This document shows positions 39,201-51,200 of a stretch of 64,000 nucleotides of DNA, piece by piece. The notes under the pieces were generated by a model, which was not told where the DNA came from, did no database searches, and saw only the letters and a program-made list of their open reading frames with translations. Made by a program: the position numbers and the translations under genes. This DNA is from Ylistrum balloti. Its lineage: Eukaryota. The number at the start of each line of letters is the position of its first letter. Position 1 is the stretch's first letter. The stretch covers positions 124,001 to 188,000 of the forward strand of contig NW_026782168.1 of the NCBI RefSeq assembly GCF_031769215.1. The letters are read 5' to 3'.

Positions 39201-42200
39201 TGTCCATAAGTAATATATATTGTGTAAACATGTCTAAGGCCTCTTCTAGCAATCATTAAACTATTTATGTTTACAGTAAATAACCTCTATACTTTTAACA
39301 TAATATTGAGTTTTCGTCCAAAGCCCTTAACCTAAGACTATTTCGTCCAAAGCCCTTAACCTAAGACTATTTCGTCCAAAGCCCTTAACCTAAGACTATT
39401 AAAAATGACATAAACAACATATAACTTTTTTACATTGACTAAAGATCATCAATTATTACTGATAAGAACAAATACCTCTTGACCTTTGGCTAAAGTTTTT
39501 GGTCCCCAGCCCCCACCCACCAGCAGAATCAGATCATCAATAATTACAAAAACAATCAAATTCATTTCAAAATTCATCAAATTTATAGGCCCCTACCCTC
39601 AGATATCATCAAAGCCAATGCCTTTTTAATATTGATTGAGGTTTTTAGTCTTCAGTTCCTTGTCCTTAGATTATCAATAATCACTTTAAACAATCAGTAC
39701 CTTTTTAATATTGACTAAGGTTTTTAGTCCCCAGCCCCTACCCTCAGCAGTTTTAAATGGTACTGAGTCTGGATAGGACCGTTTCTGGAAGCGTTGGTTC
39801 TGACATTTTTCACCAGCAGGACAGACATTGGGATTACACTCATACATCAACATTCGATTGAGACAGTCTGTCTCACTGCTGCAGGGATTTTCCTGATCTG
39901 TCCGACACTCACACCGCGGGATTTCTGACAAATCTGCCTTATAGATCTGTACATTACCCAGAGGAATATTTGTCTGAAAAATAAGTTTACACAACACTGT
40001 AGTTTTATCATAAATATTGATTAAAAGATTCTGAACAGTTGAAAAAGAACAAGGAAATGAAATGAAAACACATCTTTAAATCGATACATGACAGCTGCAA
40101 AAATCCATACAGAAATTTTAATCAATGACAACTAGTAGATGTTTGACACCAATAAAACCACCTGAATAGGTAACAATACAACCAGTAGGCAAAGTGATAA
40201 ATTTCGCAGAAGATAATTATTCCTGGGTTAGTACAAGACTTACTTTAATAAACTTATAAGGTGCTGGCTTTCTATCAGATTTCTGCTGTTCAATTTGTTC
40301 TTTGTTCTCCTTGGCCTTTTTCCACAATTTGTAGGCTTCCATAGCCTCTTTTACACCTTGACAGAAAAAAAAGATTACATTTTTACATCATTGAATGAGA
40401 TGACATTTCATGAAGCTGTCTTATAGCAATATCTACCATATGTTAACTTAAATAGGTTTCCTATTACACTGGAATTGGATTCACATTACACTATAATTAT
40501 ATAACTCGTTCCTCTTTCACAATGCTAAACTATAGAATCTTTCTCACTGTAAGCTGTAGTTTTCTCTCCCTGGACAGGGGGACTCCTCCATCATTACAAT
40601 TACATGACATCACATCAACTCCTCAATACCTCCATCATTTCAACTGCTTGACATCACCTCAAATAATGTCAAACATTGAGATAACAGCATTCCCAATGAT
40701 ATCCATTATTTAAGGCCAGTACTTCAAGAGAAAACTAATCATTCAAGTATTGTGTTTGATAACTTGGTTGTAAGAATCTTTCTTCTCAGGTTGAGATCCC
40801 CCTAACTCACATCAAAGAAGACAATGGCTTATATTGATTACCTCCAACTGTATTGCCTATCTCCCCAACTTTTGTCATCACTTACCATTGGAGAACACCT
40901 TAGCCAGGTGTTTCCCAAGGCTGGACTCTCTGCTACCCTTGTCCCCTTCTTGGAATGAAAATACCCTGAAAAGAATAAAAAAAAAATGTATTCCGTCCAT
41001 TAAACGAGAATGACTCAACATCTGCTTCAAGGACACACAAATCACTGGCAAATGTGTCTATAGCAACTACCAAGAGGACCAATGGAAACTTGCCAAGGCT
41101 TTTACCTGCTGGATTTAGGGACATATTTTGGCACTGTTCCTGATAACAAAACCTTAATTATTTTTCCGATTCAAACACATTTCCAAAAATAATGGTAGTT
41201 TCAACAAACTATCAAAAAAGCTGTATGGTGCTATTCAATGTATAATTTGCTGATAGCTCTTTGTTCAGGTGGTGGTGTATTTGCTTCAGCAAAGTGTACA
41301 AACTATACATGACAGACATGAACATATAAGATAATAAAATGTGTGTTTTTGTTACTTCCCCCCAACCAATTACAAATTTTGTTGTACATTTTTCTCCAAA
41401 GCCAAGTCATGTGCATGATTCCTAAAGTGGCCAACATAACATAAGGGCTTTCTTAATTAACAGATTAATCTGGTTGTCAAAACAAGATAATTTCAATATG
41501 CTCACTATATATCAAGTTAAACAATTCAAAGAACATCTGGGTCTCAAAATAAATTATGGTTTACAGCAGGTCCTAAAACTGCAGCTTATTGCTGTTTGGT
41601 CTGATATAGAGATTTCCAAATTCTGAGCTACATCTCGGCCAATTTCTATATAATTCTGTTAAATCTATCCTCCAAGTTGTCTTTGCAGGCTTACCTTCCC
41701 ATGTGAATCCAAAAATAATCATGTGAACCAAAGAATCGAACAGGAAACTCTCCAACCTGGTGATTCTTCTCTTGTATATTTAAAGGCACATTATGTGGAC
41801 AGCAAATCTCACCTGGCCACCATCTGTACAATAGTAATACATGTTTATAAGTAAGGATACGAGACTGAATAACATTAATGTCATTTCACAAAAACATCTG
41901 TACAAATATCAGCACACTCATCATTGACAAGGAAATCATCTGAACATGTTTAACTAAACTGTCTTAACAGAAAATGTTGGAAATGCCCGTCTTTTATGAT
42001 AAAATACGTGATCTCTGATTTACACAGACTTTTGGTAGTGTACATTAATGATTAATGGACAACAATATCAATCATATGTAGCAGTGCAATTGATGTTTCT
42101 ATTTCGGTCCAAAAAAATAGTACCACTTTGGGAAGTTTAAATTTCAACTGTATTTGTTTTCAAGCATCCCAAATGCAACATTCAGGACCAAGCAAAGCAC

Positions 42201-45200
42201 TTGTCACAAAGAGTGGCTTTTGGCGACAGATGAGCTAATTTTATTGGCAACTAGCGTCTTCCAAGTTAACAGTAACTTTAAGGGCCATATCTGGTGTTAT
42301 CTGAATAGAAATGGCTCAAAAATAACATTTGTACTCATCAACAAAAGAAAAACAAAGACATTTGTCATGATACCTGACTTCAAAGAAAAACGTAATCAAA
42401 AATAATCTTTTGCATTCAGCATTGTTTTCTACCGGTCCTGTCATAATTTGTCACAATAGATCACCTACTCAGTGAAGCTTACACTAGCTATGGCATCGGA
42501 TGCTCTTTAATCCTAATATTAGCAACTGCATTTGACTGAGTTTAAGGTAATACATGATGTGTGAGCACTCTATGCATTTCTGATACTAGACCAATGTCGA
42601 GGAAGGGCCCCGCATAATACCTACCCCTTATGATTGAGTTTCTTAATATTAAGAAATATATGGACAGGTGTCAAGTATTGAAAGCAACTTTCATCAAAAT
42701 CCAATGAAAATGGACAGATGGACAGATATATGGATCGACAGACAGGGAAACGGACGGACAGACAGACGGACAGGGTGAACATTGAACTCGAATGAGGGGC
42801 TTATGTACCAAGTATCACAAAGCAAGTTTTAAAGAAATCCCAAATCATTCCTTCAGAAGATATTCTCTGTAAAACATTCAGCCAATCAGATTGCAGCAGC
42901 CTCATTAAATATGCGCGGAATTCGGCAAACATCGAACTTGAGCGAGGGACTTATGTACCAAGTATCATAAGCAAGTTTCATCGAAATCCCATCATTCCTT
43001 CTCAAGATATCGCGCGGAAAGCGAAACCGACAGACATGTAAAACATTCAGCCAATCAGATTGCAGCAGCCTCATTAAATATGCGCGGAATTCAGCGAACA
43101 TCTAAATTAAGCAAGGGACTTATGTACCAAGTATCATAAGCATGTTTCATCGAAATCCCATCGTTCCTTCTCAAGATATCGCGCGGAAAGCGAAACCGAC
43201 AGACATGTAAAACATTCAGCCAATCAGATTGCAGCAGCCTCATTAAATATGCGCGGAATTTGGCGAACATCGAACTTGAGCGAGGGACTTATGTACCAAG
43301 TATCATAAGCAAGTTTCATCGAAATCTCATCATTCCTTCTCAAGATATCGTGCGGAAAGTGAAACGGACAGACAGACGGACAGACAGACGGACGGACAGA
43401 CGGACAAGGTGATTACTATAGGGCACCTGCATCGCGATGCGGGGCCCTAATAATTTTCCAGATTGGTGAATTCCACATCTGGATGAGTAATTTTAACAAG
43501 GCCACAAGTCCAACAATGAGTGCTTTTAAAAGTTTATGCTTGGTCTTGAACATTCTTTCAAGAAATTTTAAACAATCAAAGATTAATGTACCTATAGTTG
43601 CCAAGTTTCACCCAAATAATATCTCCATACAATGGTCTTTTGCCTTGAGAACAGTCATGACAGTACCAACTGCCTTCTGGAGTATGATCCATCTTCAGGC
43701 ACTCTGCATGGAAAGCTGCTGGGCAACTTTCACAACACAGCAAGGATCCTCCTGTAAGTTACATAGGGTAGAAATCACATACAACAGTTAGAACATCCTT
43801 GGGAACACACAAATTACTTAACCTCTTGCTATTCAGCAGGATTCAGATATCGAATAATTCTTTTGCGAACTGTAACGATTCAGGAATTCAGTCAATGCCC
43901 AAGACATAGAGCAGATAAAAATTTAAAAACAAAATTGAATCCAATTAAGTTTAGTGATCTTGTGGCTGAAAATTTTATGTAGATGTACTTCAGTTTTTTT
44001 TAAACCCAAAACATTCATGATTTATCAATGGAAAAATAAAATAGTCATAAGAACAGTTAAATGCCTACAGACAAAATCCTAAAAATTCAGTTTTCACATG
44101 ATTACAGATTCTATATTACTAAAACTACAAACAACAACCTTGACAATGTCCAGAAAATATTCCTGTAACATTTCTCAGTCTAAAGGTTTACCTCTGTTGC
44201 AGACAAAGCACCAGCTGAGGTTCACATGACTATGGTGTCGTTGGGATGGAAGAGGCTGGAAGTGTTTACTACAAAGGATATTATACCCTGGCAGAACCTC
44301 ACTACCTGCTGCTATACAAAACTCTCCTGCATGATACGCTGTTGGACACTGAACACAGCGCAACAGTTTACCTGGCAAAAAAATGTGTCATTCAGAGATT
44401 AAATGACATCTTTAGTTAGTAGCATATACTGTTCAGTACAACTAATTTGTGTCAAAAACATTAAATACAGACAATAATTTAAATGCTTCGTTCAGTTCTG
44501 AACTTTTAACACAGATGTCTCAAACACTGTTCAGTGTTGTGTCAAATAAATATTACATGTACCAATTTACCGAATCAAATTTCCATCACTTGAGTCAAGA
44601 TAAGAGTCATTCAAATATTTTTGTGGGTCAAGACAGCCCGAACTTTCATACAGCCATACATGAAGTCATTTGCTTGAAACCCAGGTGAAGGTAGGAGTGA
44701 ATGAGTGTCACTATTCTGTGGTTGGCTGGAAAACAATGATACATCTAGTTTTTGAGGTTTTAGATCATACAGGCTTGAATCAATGCCTCCAATCATTCAT
44801 TATCATGGAAAATAATGAGATTTTCATTCGAAAACAGGTTGAATCATCACATGGACTTAATATTTTGCTTGATCTCTTCAATAAGACTTATCCAAGTTCA
44901 TATGAAAATAGTCAATTGATCATGGGTAAAGAACAGATATTAATGATGTATGGATGAACAATGTTTGAAAGACTTTGGTCAACTTACAACAGGAAAGGAG
45001 GACAAACCATACAAAATCACAATACATCCTGTCATACACCGGAACTTCTCCAAACCCACCATGCAAGGGACAAGACTATTAGGCCAATTTAGAGAGGGTT
45101 TGATTTGTAGAAGTATAGCTAGCTGACCTGTCCAGACTCTCATATAACTGTACTGATTCATTTCTGTACATTGCATTAACCATTTCGTTCCCTTTCAGCA

Positions 45201-48200
45201 TTTACAGTGCACATGCCCAACTGAATACAGAAAAAGGAGCCACACAGTGTGGCATTATCCCCCATGCCCAGCTGTGTGTATGTATGTACATGTAGGTGGA
45301 CACTTTGGATAGTCTTATTTATCAACCTTATAGTAAGAATTTATCTTGATGTAGATCCTGTGTGTTTGACTGTTGATATTTGAATAGAGCTTAGTATTGT
45401 CGAGGAACAAATTGATGCAACACTGTATAAGCTCTGGAGTAATACAAGTAGTCACAAGAAATAAAAAAAAAATGATAGTAACTGAAAAAAGAAAAAAAAA
45501 AATTTAATAAAATGTTCTTATTAAGTAAGGCACAACTAGGGCACTATGCTAATATATACAGAAAGTTTTGTGGAGTTGAGTGGAATGGTTTCGAAGTTGT
45601 AACCCGGAAAGAAAATTGACATTAACTTTGTGTTTTTTGACTACGTTTCCAAGGTAACAAAAAAATGGAAAAAAAAAAATGAAATGTTTTCAATAGCAAA
45701 TGGCACAACTAGCGCACTAACCAAATATATACAGTAAGTTTTGTGAAGTTGAATTAAACGGTTTTGAAGTTATAGCCCAGAAAAGTCATCAGACAGATGG
45801 ATGGAGTCCAAAATTAATATACCCTGCAAACACTTTTCGCGGAGATAAAAAAGCTACATATAGTAAAAAGATTTTGGTAAAGAGGAAAAACAGTGATATT
45901 TCGGTAAAGAAGAAAACAGTGATACTTGTACACCATATGCAAATTTAGTCAAAAAGAAATCTGTGTGTTGACCGGCGAACTCTGAAGTAATGATACATAC
46001 ACCTCAATATAGCTCCAGTCAGAAGGTTGGCTTGTCTTCAACTGTTACCAACTAATATATTTGATGAATATGTGTTTTCGTTGATCAGTATAAAAAAATT
46101 ATTGTCTAAAACAACACAGGATTAATATTAATATTATAAGTGATGAAATGACAAAATCTGATTACCTATAATTTAAATGCGAAAATGCAGCTTTCTACAT
46201 CTGCATCACCACTTATTTTCATGTTATCTGTAGCTGTTTCTCGCTTCGGTGAAATGATGCCTCATTTATCATGGTTTCTATGTCTATAGATAGCTATACA
46301 TTGTTTAGTATAATCCTTCCAATCAGGGTAAGTATTGTGCACAATGCATACCCATGACAGGTGTACAAGCTAGGGGCAAAGCTTACAACTCTTACCACAG
46401 GTGTTGATTATATGGTCTACTATTAGAAACTCAGGTCGTGACCATTCAGGTAAGGCCGGTTTTCACAAGTGATTTTCAGTACATTTTCATAATTTTGGAC
46501 TCAAATTTGGTTCGGAATTCAGAATCAAGAGGGATCGGTATTCGGAAGGTTTTTATTACTGTAATAAAGAGGATGTCATTCCGTATATGCCCATTTCCTT
46601 CGGTTTCAACAGGTGATAAGTTTCGAGAAGGATTGGTTGGGGAAAGTTGCACTGTATATCTAATACAAATTATAGTGGTGTGAGGAAGGAGAATATGCTG
46701 ACTCCATAGATCACATATCATTTAAAAAGAATTAACTATGCTCACTCTAACTTACCTCTGTTACTATTCTTGGCACTCTTTGGATTATCTATAGAACAGG
46801 TAGCACAACTATGTAGGGGACACACAAGTCCTTTACTTTCTGTCCGTGCATTCAAACATTTATTCACACAGTTTTCATGGTAAAATTTACCACATGTAGG
46901 CACAATACAACATTTTGTATCTTTATCCGCCTTCTTGCAAAAGAAACATGTATGGTTTCCTGAAATGATTTAAAAGGAAATACTTAGCATTATTTATTGA
47001 GAAAAAAAAAAAAAATGCATATTTCTGATACTTAAACAGTGAATAAGAATATCTTAAAATGTGTAAACCAGTGTTTCTGGCATTTCTCGAACTTCAATAG
47101 AAATGACTGTCATATATGGAAACCAGTGTTTCTGGCGCAATCAACCAAACCAACAGAGAGGAAGACAAGGTAACCTGGCACACAACATAAAAAAAACCAT
47201 AAAACACAGATGTTACTGGTGGTGATTGCAGTATACAGTTTAATGTTATAGTTAACAACAGGCACAATTGATATGATCCATAATTCAATGTCAAGGAATT
47301 TTAGTTACATCCCAATTGCATTTTGTAAAAAATTTCAAAGTATAAAATTTTTTTTAATTATCGCTGGAAATATCTTACCTTTTGTCCAAAAGAAAAGATG
47401 AAGTCTTTATATATATATATATAACTAGGCTATTGGCAGGAATGAAAGACTTAGAGCTAGTAAATTCATCAGAATTTGTTTTCCAAAGAAACATCTGAAA
47501 GCAGGAAGGGTTTGGAATTTTTCTATAAAATCTGGTAGAATGAAGCATGAGTATATATCGTGTAGGTCAGTATCATAGAAAACCTATGCATACCTGTTAT
47601 GCACTCATCACACTTGAAGACTCCGGATGGTTTGACACTTAGACCAAGACAATCCTTATGGAAGTTCCCTTGACACTGGCCTTCACATATGAGCAGGTCC
47701 CCAGCCTTGTGACATATTTCACACAAGTTTTCCTTCATCGTTGGTGCACGTGATGACAATTTAAATATTTCTAACTCATATTCCTCCTCTGGTTCTTTAG
47801 CTACCGCTTTGGGTACTGGTATCACAGGTTTGCTTTCCTCCTGTAAAAAAAAATCAAGTTTCAGTTTAGGTTATGTTACAGACTAACAAAATTTTCACTA
47901 ACAGTATCCTCCTTTCTACAAACAAACGTTTTCACTGTAATCTTATTTTTGTGATTTTTTCAGCGACTATACTACACTAAACTAACACACTAACTGCAGT
48001 TTCTATATTGTGTTCATATAGTAAATCATTATGAATATTATGTACAAATTCATCATTGTGCTAATTAGTGAAAGAAAGATAAAACACTAAAATGTCATTG
48101 TGTCAAATAATGTAGACAAAGGATGTCCCTACATCAATATGTTGGCATTACCAAAACTGTTAACTATGTTACTTTCTGTTCTGAGGATGTCTGTACCTGA

Positions 48201-51200
48201 ATGTCTGTGTTGCTGTCTGTATCGACTGAGGATGCTGCAGACTTCCTCCTGCGATTGACTTTGACAGGTGCTGTTGGAGTAGAAGTAGCATTCTCCTTTG
48301 TTTCCTCCGTCATTGTATCATTAGTAGTCTATGAGGGAAATGAAGAACATTTTCATACTCTAAATATTATGTATTGTTGAATTTTGTTTTCTTAGATGTC
48401 TTAAGTGTAACAAAGAAAGAACAAACTTTAACTACATCTATGCTCTATTTCTTTTTTCTGTAAATTTTAATTTCAATTCTATTTTTGTAAATTTACAAGA
48501 AATTGTGAAGTGAAAATCACAATTTCTGTTCATAAAACTTTGATAATTAATTTTATTGATTTCACCACTAGAATGCTAGGGAAATATTCTATTGAATCAG
48601 ATCAAGTTAAAGAAAAATTCTACCTGATCAGGTCAACAGGATCCACCTCTAGTATTTACAAGGATGATATATACTCTATCTCTAGAGGTAACCTCTAGTA
48701 TTTACAAGGATGATATATACTCTATCTCTAGAGGCAACCTCTAGTATTTACAAGGATGATATATACTCTATCTCTAGAGGCAACCTCTAGTATTTACAAG
48801 GATGATATATACTCTATCTCTAGAGGATATAACCTCTAGTATTTACAAGGATGATATATACTCTATCTCTAGAGGCAACCTCTAGTATTTACAAGGATGA
48901 TATATACTCTATCTCTAGAGGCAACCTCTAGTATTTACAAGGATGATATATACTCTATCTCTAGAGGCAACCTCTAGTATTTACAAGGATGATATATACT
49001 CTATCTCTAGAGGTAACCTCTAGTATTTACAAGGATGATATATACTCTATCTCTAGAGGCAACCTCTAGTATTTACAAGGATGATATACTTTATCTCTAG
49101 TATTTACCAAGTTTGACATATTCTACCTCAAGGAAAAAACTTGTCTTCTAATTTTTCTGACAACAATAATAACTGATTGAAAGAAATGCTTTAAGCATTC
49201 TGTGACCATATGTTTACCTAGTGTCTACATGGGTACTAATGTATCAGAGCTATTTGGTAAGAAGCAGCTGATATTTCACTAGTCAGACATCAGTACTAGC
49301 CTACCTCTTCAACTCCTATCACTCCTGTTGCCACACTGTTAATTATACATTCTAAAGATGACTGGGATTCTGGTGTAGCTGGGCGTCTCGCAGACCTGGT
49401 AGGAGCCTGTTAAAAAACAAATAAAAAGTCATCACATTAGAATGTTGGGGTCATACAAAGGTCAACCAATTCCTACAGAACCAGTATTTTCTTAATATGC
49501 TTGGTTTCTCATTAAATCTAAACAAGTAAACAAAACAAGTTTTACTATTCATCCTGCAACTGGTACTTGTTTATTGTAGCAAAGAAGTTTATTTCCTAAA
49601 AATTCAGAAAATTGCTTTTTATATATCCATTCATCCATTCAAGTATAGAACTATATGTACTTGCAGAGCAATTATTATGACGTGCATCATCAGGCATAAT
49701 TCAGCATAATGTCAACATCAGGTAAACAATAACTGCAAAGTTCTAACAAACTGTTGAAATTTTGATTGTCTGAATTTTCAATTGGTGTTGCAGGATAGAT
49801 ATAATACACAATGTCTTAAAATATAGGCTGCATTTTGGCTCATGACAGGAAGACAAAAGTGGTTCACTACTTGTGTCTTTCTTCACCGTGCCTATACACA
49901 GCTAATATTTTAAGACACTGACCATGTATTCTCTATATCCCATGGATTCACTACTTGTGTCTTTCTTCACCGTGCCTATACACAGCTAATATTTTAAGAC
50001 ACAGACCATGTATTCTCTATATCCCATGGATTCACTACTTGTGTCTTTCTTCACCGTGCCTATACACAGGTGGGATTTCCACTATGCTGTTTTCCCATAG
50101 AGGTTGGCCTAAAGATTCTATACACAGCTAATATTTGAAGACAATGACCATGTATTCTCTATATCCCATGGATTCACTACTTGTGTCTTTCTTCACCGTG
50201 CCTATACACAGCTAATATTTGAAGACAATGACCATGTATTCTCTATATCCCATGGATTCACTACTTGTGTCTTTCTTCACCGTGCCTATACACAGCTAAT
50301 ATTTGAAGACAATGACCATGTATTCTCTATATCCCATGGATTCACTACTTGTGTCTTTCTTCACCGTGCCTATACACAGCTAATATTTTAAGACAATGAC
50401 CATGTATTCTCTATATCCCATGGATTCACTACTTGTGTCTTTCTTCACCGTGCCTATACACAGCTAATATTTGAAGACAATGACCATGTATTCTCTATAT
50501 CCCATGGATTCACTACTTGTGTCTTTCTTCACCGTACCTATACACAGCTAATATTTTAAGACAATGACCATGTATTCTCAATTTTGTGAATAAACACAAA
50601 GTATAGCCAAATAAATCTATCTATACTTAATATGTAAATCAAGAGTAACGAGGAAAAAAAATGGAAAAATCTCTAACAAATTATAAAGTATTTAGTTACA
50701 TCGAAAAATTAAAAAAAAAAAAATAAAATCAACAAAGGTGGGATTTCCACTATGCTGTTTTCCCATAGAGGTTGGCCTAAAGATTCTTGCATCCTTCAAA
50801 ACCACTTAATGATACATTGCTTTGTGTCATCAAAGTTGGTTTCCTTGGCTTTACATACAATCCAAGTTAATTGATGATGCACTTGCCTAATTAACTAATT
50901 ATGTGGCAAAATTACTAAATTATGAATGCCAATTGTCACAAAACAGATAAAAAAAAGTTACCTTAAAGAAATAGGAAAGTTCAAACCATAAACTAAATAT
51001 CAAAATATTAAAAACAATAAGTAAGTATACTGCCGATATTATTGAATTTTTAAGCACTTTGTGAGAAAACTCAAATTTTTGTGAACAAATGACATTTTGA
51101 ATATCTTCCATATTCATTTCATTCAAAATGATTTAGTATATAGATAGCTATATCTCTTACCCTAACCCTGCCAAAGATCATAACTTGTGATAGTGGACAG

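Noticed and set aside
41860-41930. Candidate intronic C/D snoRNA (ATGATGA on the minus strand)
   Set aside because: No properly spaced terminal D box or terminal stem.
48620-48650. Possible NSD micro-exon (AG|GTGGATCCTGTTGACCTGATCAG|GT)
   Set aside because: It is 23 or 25 nt, not a multiple of 3, between phase-0 exons, so it would frameshift.
7640-50579. CRISPR-like appearance of the regular arrays
   Set aside because: Units are head-to-tail with no unique spacers, there are no cas genes, and the context is eukaryotic introns.
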